Source: Rickettsiales bacterium
Lineage (GTDB): Bacteria; Pseudomonadota; Alphaproteobacteria; Rickettsiales; JABCZZ01
Reading direction: 5' to 3'
DNA length: 64,000 bases
NCBI GenBank assembly: GCA_035765535.1
Contig: DASTXE010000005.1
Span: forward strand, 137,171 to 201,170
Within the stretch, counting starts at the first letter, position 1, and each line of letters opens with the position of its first letter. The notes below the pieces were generated by a model that saw only the letters and a program-made list of their open reading frames with translations, was not told the origin of the DNA and did not search any database. Made by a program: the position numbers and the translations under genes. Shown one piece after another: positions 28,661 to 38,450 of the stretch.

Positions 28661-29572
28661 TTATCCTGGTAATGGCCCGCCGTTTGTCGGGCCATTTTCT
28701 CTAGCACTGCGTACAGTGCGTGTTGCACGTCCTAAGACATTTGGAAATTTTTCCAGGTGAACATCCGGATGCATGCCCAATTCCTCCAGTACTTCCCGAG
28801 CTATTTCATTCTGCTGCTGAAAGGCTGCACGTAATGCATGTATATCTTCAGGTGCTATAGGCTCAAGCGGTGATGCTACACCCGTCATATTGGCAATTTG
28901 CCGTTTAATACGCTCTGGATCATTATAAGAACCTGTACTGTGTGATTCTCCCACTGGCTGCACACTGTTCAGGTCGCGTAAAAATGCAATTGGTCTGCCT
29001 GCATATTCCGGAAGAACACCTTCTGTTGGATAACGCAAATATTCGCCATGATATTTTAGATAAGCAAAATCGCCAGCATCGATTCCGTCTGCGAAACTGC
29101 TTTTACCTTCACTGTCCAGAAATCTGACGGTATTGCGAAGATCTTTTTTACGCTCGTTAATATCCTCAGTGGGATCAAGATGACTATACGGTCCATCATC
29201 GAACGAGACATCCGGAGCCTGTAATGTAAGGGTGATCCTTAATGGAGAAGTTTCCCCATTAAGTTTGAGAGGTTTTAAATCCATATAGGCTAACGAAGCG
29301 ATTGCTGCTTCACTTTTGGTCGGATTATCACGGCCTATGCGGATGACGGCTTTGGGATTTTCCTCTATGCTCATAGCTACGTTGTGGCCAACGCCACCCA
29401 GTACTTTCTTGGGGGTCATACCTGCGCCATGGAGCATTTCGGCAATTTTGCCATATGTTGCGCGCATATTCTCATCGTACTGCAGCGTTATGTCTATAAT
29501 GGACTCCTCAGGTGCGGCAATTCCAAACAGGTTTTGAAATACACTGTCGTCAAATTCAAGCTGCCTTGACAT
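28661..29572 (-). CDS. orphan hypothetical protein
   Basis: 303-aa ORF, AT-shifted, with no motif I can place. Its last codons (GPTNGGPLPG) are encoded by the dacC terminator hairpin. Confidence 0.6.
   Translation of the reverse strand: MSRQLEFDDSVFQNLFGIAAPEESIIDITLQYDENMRATYGKIAEMLHGAGMTPKKVLGGVGHNVAMSIEENPKAVIRIGRDNPTKSEAAIASLAYMDLKPLKLNGETSPLRITLTLQAPDVSFDDGPYSHLDPTEDINERKKDLRNTVRFLDSEGKSSFADGIDAGDFAYLKYHGEYLRYPTEGVLPEYAGRPIAFLRDLNSVQPVGESHSTGSYNDPERIKRQIANMTGVASPLEPIAPEDIHALRAAFQQQNEIAREVLEELGMHPDVHLEKFPNVLGRATRTVRSARENGPTNGGPLPG
28671..28702 (+). terminator. terminator-like hairpin after dacC, embedded in the 3' coding end of the convergent orphan gene
   Basis: Stem AATGGCCCG (28671-28679), 8-nt loop, stem CGGGCCATT (28688-28696), then TTCTCT. 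Confidence 0.55.
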
Positions 29573-29596
29573 AATTATACCTGATAAAAAAGAAGC

Positions 29597-30046
29597 TCAT
29601 CGTATTTGCCGTAATGCTTCACCCAGCACCATGCTGGCTGCTAATGCAATATTTAATGAGCGTGTCTGTGGAGCCATGGGAATAGTAACTGCAGCGTCTA
29701 CATAGTCAGCTACTTCTTGTGGCACGCCTGCGCTTTCACGGCCTAGCAGGAGGATGTCATTTTGGCGGAATGTGAAATCGCAGTAATGGGCTTGGGTTTT
29801 GGTCGTCAACAGTACGATCCGGCTCCGGTTCTCCCCGGCGTATAGCTTGAATTGTTCCCAGGAAACATGACGCTGCCATTTCACGTGGTCGATATAATCC
29901 ATGGCGACGCGACCGATTTTCCGGTCATCCAGCACGAAGCCACAGGGCTCTATGACATGGCATTCCACGCCCATGCAGGCGCACAGACGCAGGATGCTGC
30001 CGAGATTCTGCGGAATATCGGGCTGATAGAGCGCAAGCGCGGGCAT
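29597..30046 (-). CDS. trmL: tRNA (cytidine/uridine-34 2'-O)-methyltransferase, SpoU/TrmL type
   Basis: 149 aa. NLGSILRLCACMG and SLNIALAASMVLGEALRQ form the SPOUT knot. Confidence 0.75.
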   Translation of the reverse strand: MPALALYQPDIPQNLGSILRLCACMGVECHVIEPCGFVLDDRKIGRVAMDYIDHVKWQRHVSWEQFKLYAGENRSRIVLLTTKTQAHYCDFTFRQNDILLLGRESAGVPQEVADYVDAAVTIPMAPQTRSLNIALAASMVLGEALRQIR

Positions 30047-30051
30047 ATCGC

Positions 30052-31377
30052 TTAGTAGCGGTATGCCTCGGGCTTGAACGGGCCATTGACGGCCGTGCCA
30101 ATATATTCAGCCTGCGTCGGTGTCAGCTTGGTGAGTTTTGCGCCGATCTTTTCCAGATGCAGTGCCGCCACTTTTTCGTCCAGCTGCTTAGGCAATACGT
30201 ATACTTTGTTTTCGTACTTCTTTGCGTTATTGAACAGCTCGATCTGGGCCAGTACCTGATTGGAGAAAGAGGTGCTCATAACGAAGCTTGGATGGCCCGT
30301 GGCGCAGCCCAGATTCACGAGACGGCCTTTTGCCAGCAGGATGATGCGCTTGCCGTCCGGGAAAGTGATTTCATCGACCTGCGGCTTTATTTCCGACCAC
30401 ACCATGTTCTGCAGAGCAGATACCTGGATTTCGCTGTCAAAATGCCCGATGTTGCAAACAATGGCACGGTCTTTCATGGCGCGCATATGGTCGAGCGTGA
30501 TGATATCAACATTGCCTGTTGCCGTGACAAAGATATCGCCCTGAGCAGCAGCGTCATCCATGGTCACGACCTGGTAGCCTTCCATAGCGGCCTGAAGCGC
30601 GCAGATGGGGTCAATCTCGGTCACGAGCACGCGTGCGCCCTGGCGGGACATCGCAGCGGCGCAGCCCTTGCCCACATCGCCATAACCTGCAACAACAACA
30701 ACTTTGCCCGCGATCATGACATCGGTTGCGCGTTTGATGCCGTCCGGCAGGCTTTCGCGGCAGCCGTACAGATTGTCGAATTTTGATTTGGTGACGGAGT
30801 TGTTTACGTCGATAGCGGGAACGACCAGTTTGCCTGCCTTCTGCATTTCATACAGACGATGCACACCGGTGGTGGTTTCTTCAGAGAGGCCGCGCACATC
30901 TTTCATCAGTTCAGGATATTTTTCATGCATGACGCGCGTCAGATCGCCGCCATCATCCAGAATCATGTTCGGTGTCCAGCCATTTGGGCCTTTGATAGTC
31001 TGCTCAACGCACCAATCGTATTCTTCTTCGGTTTCTCCCTTCCAGGCAAAGACCGGAACGCCGGTCGCTGCGATGGCGGCTGCGGCCTGATCCTGCGTGG
31101 AGAAAATATTGCAGCTCGACCAGCGTACTTCAGCGCCAAGAGCCGTAAGCGTTTCAATGAGAACAGCAGTCTGGATGGTCATATGAAGGCAGCCTGCAAT
31201 ACGGGCGCCTTTCAGTGGCTGGGATTTGCCGTATTCCGTGCGCAGCGCCATAAGACCGGGCATTTCGGTTTCCGCGATGCTGATCTCCTTGCGGCCCCAG
31301 TCGGCCAGTTTAATGTCGGCGACTTTGTAATCCTGTGCCGGTGCGGCGGCTGCAGCGGTCTGCGTTCCCATAATCAT
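30052..31377 (-). CDS. ahcY: adenosylhomocysteinase
   Basis: [34 protein letters not shown] and a C-terminal ending in YRY. Confidence 0.9.
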   Translation of the reverse strand: MIMGTQTAAAAAPAQDYKVADIKLADWGRKEISIAETEMPGLMALRTEYGKSQPLKGARIAGCLHMTIQTAVLIETLTALGAEVRWSSCNIFSTQDQAAAAIAATGVPVFAWKGETEEEYDWCVEQTIKGPNGWTPNMILDDGGDLTRVMHEKYPELMKDVRGLSEETTTGVHRLYEMQKAGKLVVPAIDVNNSVTKSKFDNLYGCRESLPDGIKRATDVMIAGKVVVVAGYGDVGKGCAAAMSRQGARVLVTEIDPICALQAAMEGYQVVTMDDAAAQGDIFVTATGNVDIITLDHMRAMKDRAIVCNIGHFDSEIQVSALQNMVWSEIKPQVDEITFPDGKRIILLAKGRLVNLGCATGHPSFVMSTSFSNQVLAQIELFNNAKKYENKVYVLPKQLDEKVAALHLEKIGAKLTKLTPTQAEYIGTAVNGPFKPEAYRY

Positions 31378-31458
31378 ATGCTCCTGTTAATAATAAAGGT
31401 TACGCGATTGCTAACGGAAAATGGCGGAAATCACAAGCTTAAAGATTAAAAGAGGGGC

Positions 31459-32304
31459 CTAGAAACCGCCCTTGAACATCAAGGCGCAGGTTATACCGCC
31501 CGTGGTTACCGTATAGGTGGCAGTCGCCATATTCGTGCTGGAAGAGCAGCTATCCAGATAATTGCCTCCCGGCGGAACGGTGGTCACCGAGCCGATTGCG
31601 GGCAGGCCGTCATCCAGTTTCTTATCAATATTATATCCATCCAGCGCTGATAAAGCCGGATACATGGCTAACCCAAGGTAATTACTGTCGGGGTTAGGGT
31701 CCTGTGCTCCGTAAAAGAAAGTGTGGGTGCAGTTGCCATTATGGTAATAGGCCGCGCCGCTTGTAATACAGAGGTAAAACTGAGAGAAGCCCACATTGCT
31801 GCTCAGCCTTGATGCAGGAATATTGATTCCGGGCAGTTCCCATGCGCTACTGCCGCTATTGAGCACCGCTGGCCGTGGGGTCAGGTTACCGCTTTCGATC
31901 ATTCCCGCGAGGGATAGATGATGCCAGAACAGCAACCCTTCTTCGTCCAGGACGTCCAGATCCGTCGGTCCGCCGAAGCCTATCATTCCATTGCCGTCAC
32001 CATTGCAGGTGTGGGTATTATCAAGCCCTACAAAGGCGACACAACTGCTGGTGTAATTATCGCTGGCATTGCCGCCGGGATAACCGAAAAATGTAATGGC
32101 ATTCGAGCAATCCCCGGGAATGCAATTGTATTTATTACGGAATGCGTTGGCGGCGACCGTGTATTTGTCTTTCTGGCTGATGATGTAGCGCAGTTCGGCC
32201 GCTTTGATTAAATCCCGACCGGCAAGCACCCCTCCGATGATCAAGCCAATGATGACCAGCACGATGCTCAATTCTATCAGTGTAAAGCCTTTACAACTCC
32301 GCAT
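31459..32304 (-). CDS. type IV pilin-like / pseudopilin-like protein, paralog 2
   Basis: The ATG at 32304 gives MRSCKG|FTLIELSIVLVIIGLIIGG. It aligns along its length with the 7335..8168 product (shared LFW.HLS.AG, LDDG.P..GSV, ITC.LMF, and the same 19-residue C-terminal Cys loop). Confidence 0.75.
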   Translation of the reverse strand: MRSCKGFTLIELSIVLVIIGLIIGGVLAGRDLIKAAELRYIISQKDKYTVAANAFRNKYNCIPGDCSNAITFFGYPGGNASDNYTSSCVAFVGLDNTHTCNGDGNGMIGFGGPTDLDVLDEEGLLFWHHLSLAGMIESGNLTPRPAVLNSGSSAWELPGINIPASRLSSNVGFSQFYLCITSGAAYYHNGNCTHTFFYGAQDPNPDSNYLGLAMYPALSALDGYNIDKKLDDGLPAIGSVTTVPPGGNYLDSCSSSTNMATATYTVTTGGITCALMFKGGF

Positions 32305-32458
32305 GCCTCTGGCGCAACCAAACACAGTGAATATATCGCATGTTATCATAGATTATCAGGCGATACCAATGGATTAACGAAGGTTCAGTATTTTGTTGAA
32401 AAAAGCGGCTTATTGCCTAAGCTTGGGACTCTTCATTACGCTAGCGAACTGATCGATT

Positions 32459-33139
32459 ATGTCATTTATTCCGCCGGATTATCATTGCCCCCTATGCCCG
32501 AGGCTTGCGCAATTTCTTGCGCAGAATCGCGAACAATATCCGGGTTTCTATAACGGGCCGGTGCCCTCTTTTGGCGATATGAACGCGGAATTGCTGATTG
32601 TGGGACTGGCACCGGGGCTCAATGGGGCCAACCGGACGGGCAGGCCGTTTACAGGGGATTATGCCGGGCTGGTGCTTTATTCGGCTCTGCGCAAACACGG
32701 GTTTGCCGAGGGAAATTATAATCCCGAACAGGTTCAAGATGGCAGCGGCGATGGATTCCGCCTTATTAACTGCCGCATTACGAATTCCGTGCGTTGCGTG
32801 CCGCCGCAGAATAAGCCTGAAACATCTGAAATCAGGCAGTGTAACATGTTTCTTAAGGCGGAAGTTGCGGCTATGCCGGCACTGAAAGTGCTGGTAAGCC
32901 TAGGTCAGATTTCACATAAAGCCGTTATACAATCCTTTGGCCTTAAACAAAGCCAGTACGTATTTGGGCATGGTGCTGTTCATATGCTACCGAGCGGGCT
33001 TTGCCTGATCAACAGCTATCATTCGTCGCGTTATAACATCAATACGGGGACGCTGACCCAGGCCATGTTCGACGATGTTATCGGCCTGGCGCAGGAAAAA
33101 ATGCTTATTCCGCTTTCGTTTCAGCAAAGAAAGTGCTAG
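32459..33139 (+). CDS. uracil-DNA glycosylase superfamily protein (family 5/UdgB-like)
   Basis: LLIVGLAPGLNGANRTGRPFTGDYAG and the C-terminal SYHSSRYN motif. Confidence 0.7.
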   Translation: MSFIPPDYHCPLCPRLAQFLAQNREQYPGFYNGPVPSFGDMNAELLIVGLAPGLNGANRTGRPFTGDYAGLVLYSALRKHGFAEGNYNPEQVQDGSGDGFRLINCRITNSVRCVPPQNKPETSEIRQCNMFLKAEVAAMPALKVLVSLGQISHKAVIQSFGLKQSQYVFGHGAVHMLPSGLCLINSYHSSRYNINTGTLTQAMFDDVIGLAQEKMLIPLSFQQRKC

Positions 33140-33179
33140 CAATAGCGTCGATAAAAAGCCCGATTTGCCATAGGATGCC

Positions 33180-33935
33180 ATGTCTGGACTGATTGACCTT
33201 AAGAATATTTATGTATGGGGCGTGGATACACATGCCCGCGCGGCAAGCCTGCGGCAGTGGTTTATTCACCGCAAGGCCATGACCAGTGTCAGGATTCCTA
33301 TTATTCAGGGCGTTGATTTCGCTGCAAAGCCGGGTGACCGCATCGCTATTATCGGACAGAATGGTTGTGGCAAATCGTCTTTGCTGAAAGTGATTTCCGG
33401 TAATTACCCTATTCATGAAGGCACACGCCGCGTGGAAGGTTCCGTTGTTCCACTCATTGAAATGGGAGCCGGGTTCGAAGCAGAAATGAGCGGGCGTTAT
33501 AATATCAAGCTCAGCTATGCTTACCGCGGTAAGCTACGCGAATATTCCAAGGAAATTGAAAAAACTATTATTGAGTTTTCAGAGTTGGGAGAGAAGATCG
33601 ATCTTCCACTGAAGACCTATTCCTCGGGCATGATGGCCAGGCTTGCATTTGCCTCCGCTATTTTCCAGGATCCTGATATTTTACTGTTGGATGAAATCTT
33701 TGCGACCGGTGATGCCGGGTTTATTGAGAAATCGCAAAACATCCTGCGCAAGAAAGTGGACAACGTATCCATCGCCATCATGGTCAATCATTCACCCAAC
33801 GAGTTTACCGATTTATGCAACCGGTTTATCCTGATGCATAAAGGCCGTATTGTTAACGAAGGAAGCCGCAAGGAAATACTGCATCAGTATTACACGGATA
33901 TCCTTCATATTTCCGACGAGCGTGTGGTCGCATGA
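33180..33935 (+). CDS. ABC transporter ATP-binding protein, polysaccharide-export (Wzt/TagH/KpsT-like)
   Basis: Walker A GQNGCGKSS, signature YSSGMMARLAF and Walker B ILLLDE. Confidence 0.8.
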   Translation: MSGLIDLKNIYVWGVDTHARAASLRQWFIHRKAMTSVRIPIIQGVDFAAKPGDRIAIIGQNGCGKSSLLKVISGNYPIHEGTRRVEGSVVPLIEMGAGFEAEMSGRYNIKLSYAYRGKLREYSKEIEKTIIEFSELGEKIDLPLKTYSSGMMARLAFASAIFQDPDILLLDEIFATGDAGFIEKSQNILRKKVDNVSIAIMVNHSPNEFTDLCNRFILMHKGRIVNEGSRKEILHQYYTDILHISDERVVA

Positions 33936-34726
33936 CAAGTATTGCTAAACAGGCTGGAATGCTGTTCGATAAATATTACTGGCAGACAGCTGTGCTAATT
34001 GCCAGGAACGGGCTTGCACGCATGTACCGTAATTCTTTTCTCGGCATGTTGTGGACGCTGTTCCAGCCGCTGACGATGGTTTTGGTCTATGCACTTGTGA
34101 TGCCTATGATCATGCGCTCCACAGCGCAGAACTATACTTTATATCTGCTGGTTTCACAGCCACTTTGGGTATTTATTTCCGGATGTATTGCAGGCTCCTG
34201 CGGGTCAATACTGGCCAATGGTGAAGTGCTGAAGCGTTGCATGGTTTCCTCCAGCATATTTCCGATCGCAGATGTTCTTCGCAGCTGCTACACATTTGCC
34301 GTCTCCTTTGTGACAATGTATATCGTTGCATTGCTGATGGGGCTGACCCATATCAGTCTTATGCTACTGGTAGTGCCGTTTTATATTCTGGCAATGCTGA
34401 TGGTGCTCGGAGCCGTCGCGATTGCGGTTGCTTTTGTCGCGCCGTATGTGCGTGACATTGGTGATATTGTTCATATCGGCCTGACCATGTCGTTCTGGTT
34501 TACGCCTGTCATTTATCAGATACAGATGCTGCCACCTAAGATACAGTTCTTCATGCAGTTCAATCCGTTCTTCATCCTGATGCACCCTATTCAGGTGCTG
34601 GTGTATGAAAACCGGCTTCCGTCATGGAGTGATAACCTGTATCTTCTGGGGTTGATAGCGGTCGTTGTTCCGCTCGCATTTGCCGTCTTTCGTGTATGCA
34701 GGCGTAATTACGTTTATTATCTATAG
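33932..34726 (+). CDS. ABC-2 type transporter permease (Wzm/KpsM-like)
   Basis: 264 aa, about 6 TM segments, 4-nt overlap with the ATPase gene. Confidence 0.75.
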   Translation: MTSIAKQAGMLFDKYYWQTAVLIARNGLARMYRNSFLGMLWTLFQPLTMVLVYALVMPMIMRSTAQNYTLYLLVSQPLWVFISGCIAGSCGSILANGEVLKRCMVSSSIFPIADVLRSCYTFAVSFVTMYIVALLMGLTHISLMLLVVPFYILAMLMVLGAVAIAVAFVAPYVRDIGDIVHIGLTMSFWFTPVIYQIQMLPPKIQFFMQFNPFFILMHPIQVLVYENRLPSWSDNLYLLGLIAVVVPLAFAVFRVCRRNYVYYL

Positions 34727-34734
34727 GTTCTCTT

Positions 34735-35337
34735 ATGCTGCAAAAACTTATTCTGGATTCTGTTGAAGGCACGCGCAAGGTGCTTGATCTTGTTCTGGCG
34801 GATGATGTGCTGATTTCGGCTGTGGCAAAAGCGGGCGAATTGTGCATTGAAGCGCTGAAGCAGAACCGTAAGATTCTTGTTGCCGGTAATGGTGGCAGCG
34901 CAGCGGACTCCCAGCATATCGCTGCGGAACTTGTAAGTCGTTTGAATTATGATCGTCCGGGGCTTAGTTCTATTGCACTGACAACCGATACTTCGGCCCT
35001 GACTGCTATTGGTAATGATTATGGATTCGATCGCGTGTTCGCGCGCCAGCTGGAGGCAATCGGCCAGGAGGGGGATGTCTTTATCGCTATTTCCACTTCC
35101 GGTAATTCCGGCAACGTTCTGGCGGCCATTGAATCAGCACGTGCCAAGGGCATTAAAGTTATCGGCATGACGGGGCAGGGCGGCGGCAAGATGGAAGCCC
35201 TGTGCGATATTATCCTGAAGATGCCGTCTTCACGCACACCAAATATTCAGGAATGCCACATCATGTTCGGCCACATTATCTGCCAGATCATAGAAGATGG
35301 TATGTTCGGCAAGGAATACGGGCCTGCTAAAGCCTGA
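34735..35337 (+). CDS. gmhA: D-sedoheptulose 7-phosphate isomerase (SIS domain)
   Basis: ILVAGNGGSAADSQHIAAELVSR, AISTSGNS and ECHIMFGH. Confidence 0.8.
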   Translation: MLQKLILDSVEGTRKVLDLVLADDVLISAVAKAGELCIEALKQNRKILVAGNGGSAADSQHIAAELVSRLNYDRPGLSSIALTTDTSALTAIGNDYGFDRVFARQLEAIGQEGDVFIAISTSGNSGNVLAAIESARAKGIKVIGMTGQGGGKMEALCDIILKMPSSRTPNIQECHIMFGHIICQIIEDGMFGKEYGPAKA

Positions 35338-35459
35338 TTTCTTCACAGAATCTTCATAAATCCGAAATTGTGACAGATTGAAATATCTGCTAAAATTACC
35401 TTGTTACTCTGCCATTTGCCACAAACCGGACTCGTTCCGCAGGCTTTTGGTTACAGGAT

Positions 35460-35797
35460 ATGCCACAAGGACACCATTCCAAGCAATATCCTAGGTACGA
35501 AAGGTGGTGATGTCTGATGGGTCATGCCATTGGATATCTCATAGTGATCGGTTTCGCTGTATGGGGAGTCGGATGGGTCGTGCGACAGATTTTGGCAGCG
35601 ATTACAGGGTTCTTTACTGCGCTGTCGAACTTCTTCAAAGCGATCCGCGACTGCTTCGTGGGGATTTTTAAGTTCGTCACCTCGCCCCTCGGAATCGTGA
35701 CCATACTGGCCATCGTCGGGTTCATTGTGTATGCCATGCATCACAAGTCCTGATGAAAGGAGGGTAAAGAGACAATGTATTGGTGTCCTTGTGGCAT
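35460..35797. repeat. perfect 17-nt inverted repeat bracketing the small membrane ORF
   Basis: ATGCCACAAGGACACCA at 35460-35476 is the exact reverse complement of TGGTGTCCTTGTGGCAT at 35781-35797. The left copy lies in the loop of hairpin GGATAT/ATATCC (35456-35491). The right copy lies in the loop of hairpin 35766-35806. Confidence 0.9.
35517..35753 (+). CDS. small hydrophobic membrane protein (78 aa, 2-3 predicted TM helices)
   Basis: MGHAIGYLIVIGFAVWGVGWVV...LGIVTILAIVGFIVYAMHHKS, with an SD-like AAGGTGG about 10 nt upstream. Confidence 0.6.
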   Translation: MGHAIGYLIVIGFAVWGVGWVVRQILAAITGFFTALSNFFKAIRDCFVGIFKFVTSPLGIVTILAIVGFIVYAMHHKS

Positions 35798-35806
35798 TGT
35801 CTCTTT
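35766..35806 (+). terminator. 12-bp stem hairpin downstream of the small ORF (terminator-like, weak U tract)
   Basis: AAAGAGACAATG (35766-35777), 17-nt loop, CATTGTCTCTTT (35795-35806). Confidence 0.4.
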
Positions 35807-35892
35807 CCAAATCCTCTATATATCCCATTATTTATTAATATTATTTTAATACTTCTCCTTTATAAATGATATAAGCTGCGTTTTATAAGGGC

Positions 35893-36654
35893 ATGCTTAT
35901 GTCGTCAGCAGATAACGGCAGGACGAATAAGAAATCTACGGAGAGTAAACCGCGGAAACGGCTTGCTGCTGCCGATACGCCGGAATTTGAGGCGATCATT
36001 AATGGCTTGTTTCGTTTCGCTGATCGGTCTCAGGCAATGCAACGCCTAGAAGCAATACACACGCTGTTTGAAACTGTCCGTAAACCGGTAGCGGATAATA
36101 AGGCTTACCCACTCCAGCTCTGGATCAAGGATTATGATTTAAGCGATGCTGATATCAGGCAGGGGTATCGCGGTCATTTTGGTGGCATCAGCATTATACA
36201 GTATGAAGATGGTAAGTATGGTTTAAAGCTGACTAAGCTTTACGTTCCGCTTTCCCTTCATCCCCAAAAGACACGGCCCAAACGCTCGCATCCTGACTGG
36301 GGCCATCCGGTTCTGCGGCAGCTAAAGGAGCAGCCTGTATTTAACGATGTTGAGCGTGCACGTGCACTGCTAATGGCACTGCATGAAGAATACCCGGCGA
36401 TTTCCATTCCCGGTCTGAATCACCTGCTTATTATGCTCTATAGCAAAGAGAAAAAAGCGGGCCAGAAGCCGGTCAAGAAATACAAGTTCTCCATTGTCGC
36501 GCAGACAGACGGAAGCTTCCGCATTACCTATCAGGAAAACACGAAACGAAAAGCGCCCGCTCAGGCTACCAGACGGGATGCGGAGCAACAGCCCAAAGGC
36601 CGCTTCACCGCAATGGTGGCGCTCAAACGAAATAAGCGTAAGCCTTCTGCCTAG
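35893..36654 (+). CDS. orphan basic protein
   Basis: 253 aa with Lys/Arg-rich termini (KKSTESKPRKR, KRNKRKPSA) and no recognisable domain. It shares a 4-nt CTAG stop overlap with the convergent acyl-CoA dehydrogenase gene. Confidence 0.6.
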   Translation: MLMSSADNGRTNKKSTESKPRKRLAAADTPEFEAIINGLFRFADRSQAMQRLEAIHTLFETVRKPVADNKAYPLQLWIKDYDLSDADIRQGYRGHFGGISIIQYEDGKYGLKLTKLYVPLSLHPQKTRPKRSHPDWGHPVLRQLKEQPVFNDVERARALLMALHEEYPAISIPGLNHLLIMLYSKEKKAGQKPVKKYKFSIVAQTDGSFRITYQENTKRKAPAQATRRDAEQQPKGRFTAMVALKRNKRKPSA

Positions 36655-38420
36655 AGCTGAGCCTGCATTACCGGTTTGCTGCCTGCGGTGATAGATTGTA
36701 GGAGGGAAGTGGTGCCTGGCAGGACCTTGGTGAAGAAGAACCGTGCTGTAGCCAGCTTGGCTTCATAGAACTCCTTATCGGAATCGTATTTCTCCAGCGA
36801 GATGGCTGCGATACGTGCCCAAATCCATGCAAAGACCACGAGCGAGAACAGGCGTAGGTATTCTGTGGCTCCGGCTGCTGCGTCATCCGGGTTTTTCAGT
36901 CCCGCCGTAGCGAGGTAAATCGTTCCCTGCTGCAGATAACCGATATGTTTGGAAAGCGGTTTAATGAACTCCGCCATCGCTGGGTTATCTTTATGCTTGG
37001 TGATGAACGCATCTACCGGGTGGAAGAAGGAGCGCAGATAACGTCCATTGCCGAAGCCGAGCTTGCGGAATACGAGGTCCAGCGACTGGATACCGTTCGT
37101 GCCTTCGTAAATCTGGGCGATACGGGCATCGCGCACATATTGTTCGACACCGTAGTCCTTGATGTAGCCATAACCGCCGTGAATCTGCACGGCGAGATTC
37201 GTGACTTCCGAGCCCATATCCGTCATATAGGCTTTCACGATCGGAGTGATCAGCTGGACGAAATCATCCGCATCCTGTCGCACCTGTTCGTCTTTATGGC
37301 GATGGGAAATATCCACCTGCAGCGCTGTGTATACGGCCAGCGCACGTGCACCTTCTGTGAAAGCGCGCATGGTCAGCAACATGCGGCGTACGTCCGGATG
37401 AACAATGAGAGGGTCAGCTTCTTTTTCCGGCAGTTTAGCACCCGTGACTGAGCGAGACTGTAAGCGTTCCTTGGCGTAGGCCAATCCGTTCTGGTAGGCG
37501 ACTTCCGCGAGCCCAAGTCCTTGAATACCGACATAGATACGTGCGGCATTCATCATGGTAAACATGGCTTTCATGCCTTTGTTCGGTTCGCCCACGAGCC
37601 ATGCTTTCGCATTGTCGTAACGCATTGCGCAGGTGGGGGAGGCGGAGAGGCCCATTTTATGTTCGATACCCTCAGCGCGCAAGCTGTTGCGCTCGCCTAG
37701 CGAACCATCGTCATTGACGAGGAATTTCGGTGCGATGAACAGGCTGATGCCCTTTGTGCCTTTGGGGGCGCCTGGCAGGCGTGCGAGAATCAGGTGCAGG
37801 ATATTTTCCGTGAGATCATGCTCACCGGATGAAATGAATATCTTGTTGCCGGTAATCTTATAGCTGCCATCGCCTGCCGGTTCCGCCTTGGTGCGCACAA
37901 GGCCAAGATCCGTGCCTGCCTGCGGTTCGGTCAGGCACATGACGCCGGACCATTCCCCGGAAACAAGTTTGGGCAGGTACTTCTTTTTGATTTCGTCCGT
38001 TGCATGCAGCATGATCGCATTATAAGCACCGTGCGAAAGGCCGGGGGTCAGGCCGAAGGAAAGGTTCGATGAGCAGGCCATTTCCATGATGGTCATGTTC
38101 AGGTATTCCGGTAGCCCCTGGCCACCGTAAGCCGGGTCACAGGTGAAAGCTGGCCAACCGCCTTCGCGGTACGCTTTGTAAGCTTCCTTGAAGCCTTTCG
38201 GAGTGGTCACTGTGCCGTCTTTATAGACCAGCCCTTCCTTGTCACCACTCTGGTTGATGGGAAACAGCACTTCTTCGCAAAGCTGCGCAGCGGCATCTAA
38301 TACCGGCTCCGCCATCTCGGCGGCTTCGGCAAAGCCCGGGACGTCTTTATACTCTCCAAGCGGCAGGAAATCGCGCAGGACAAATTGAAAATCACGTATG
38401 GGGGCTTTATAGATCGGCAT
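36651..38420 (-). CDS. acyl-CoA dehydrogenase, long (about 590 aa) form
   Basis: CLTEPQAGTDLG, a YEGTNGIQ-type motif (IYEGTNGIQSLD) and an extended C-terminal domain. A GGAG SD lies upstream. Confidence 0.8.
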   Translation of the reverse strand: MPIYKAPIRDFQFVLRDFLPLGEYKDVPGFAEAAEMAEPVLDAAAQLCEEVLFPINQSGDKEGLVYKDGTVTTPKGFKEAYKAYREGGWPAFTCDPAYGGQGLPEYLNMTIMEMACSSNLSFGLTPGLSHGAYNAIMLHATDEIKKKYLPKLVSGEWSGVMCLTEPQAGTDLGLVRTKAEPAGDGSYKITGNKIFISSGEHDLTENILHLILARLPGAPKGTKGISLFIAPKFLVNDDGSLGERNSLRAEGIEHKMGLSASPTCAMRYDNAKAWLVGEPNKGMKAMFTMMNAARIYVGIQGLGLAEVAYQNGLAYAKERLQSRSVTGAKLPEKEADPLIVHPDVRRMLLTMRAFTEGARALAVYTALQVDISHRHKDEQVRQDADDFVQLITPIVKAYMTDMGSEVTNLAVQIHGGYGYIKDYGVEQYVRDARIAQIYEGTNGIQSLDLVFRKLGFGNGRYLRSFFHPVDAFITKHKDNPAMAEFIKPLSKHIGYLQQGTIYLATAGLKNPDDAAAGATEYLRLFSLVVFAWIWARIAAISLEKYDSDKEFYEAKLATARFFFTKVLPGTTSLLQSITAGSKPVMQAQL

Positions 38421-38450
38421 AATTCATACTCCGTGTATGCAAATGACTTA

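Noticed and set aside
31378-31458. Possible SAH riboswitch in the ahcY leader
   Set aside because: The 81-nt leader is AT-rich. It lacks the GC-rich pseudoknot-forming helices expected of SAH riboswitches, and I could not fold a matching structure.
35451-35828. 125-aa minus-strand ORF covering the small membrane ORF region
   Set aside because: It is antisense to a much more protein-like hydrophobic ORF that has an SD. Its translation has no features, and it spans both inverted-repeat copies and both hairpins.
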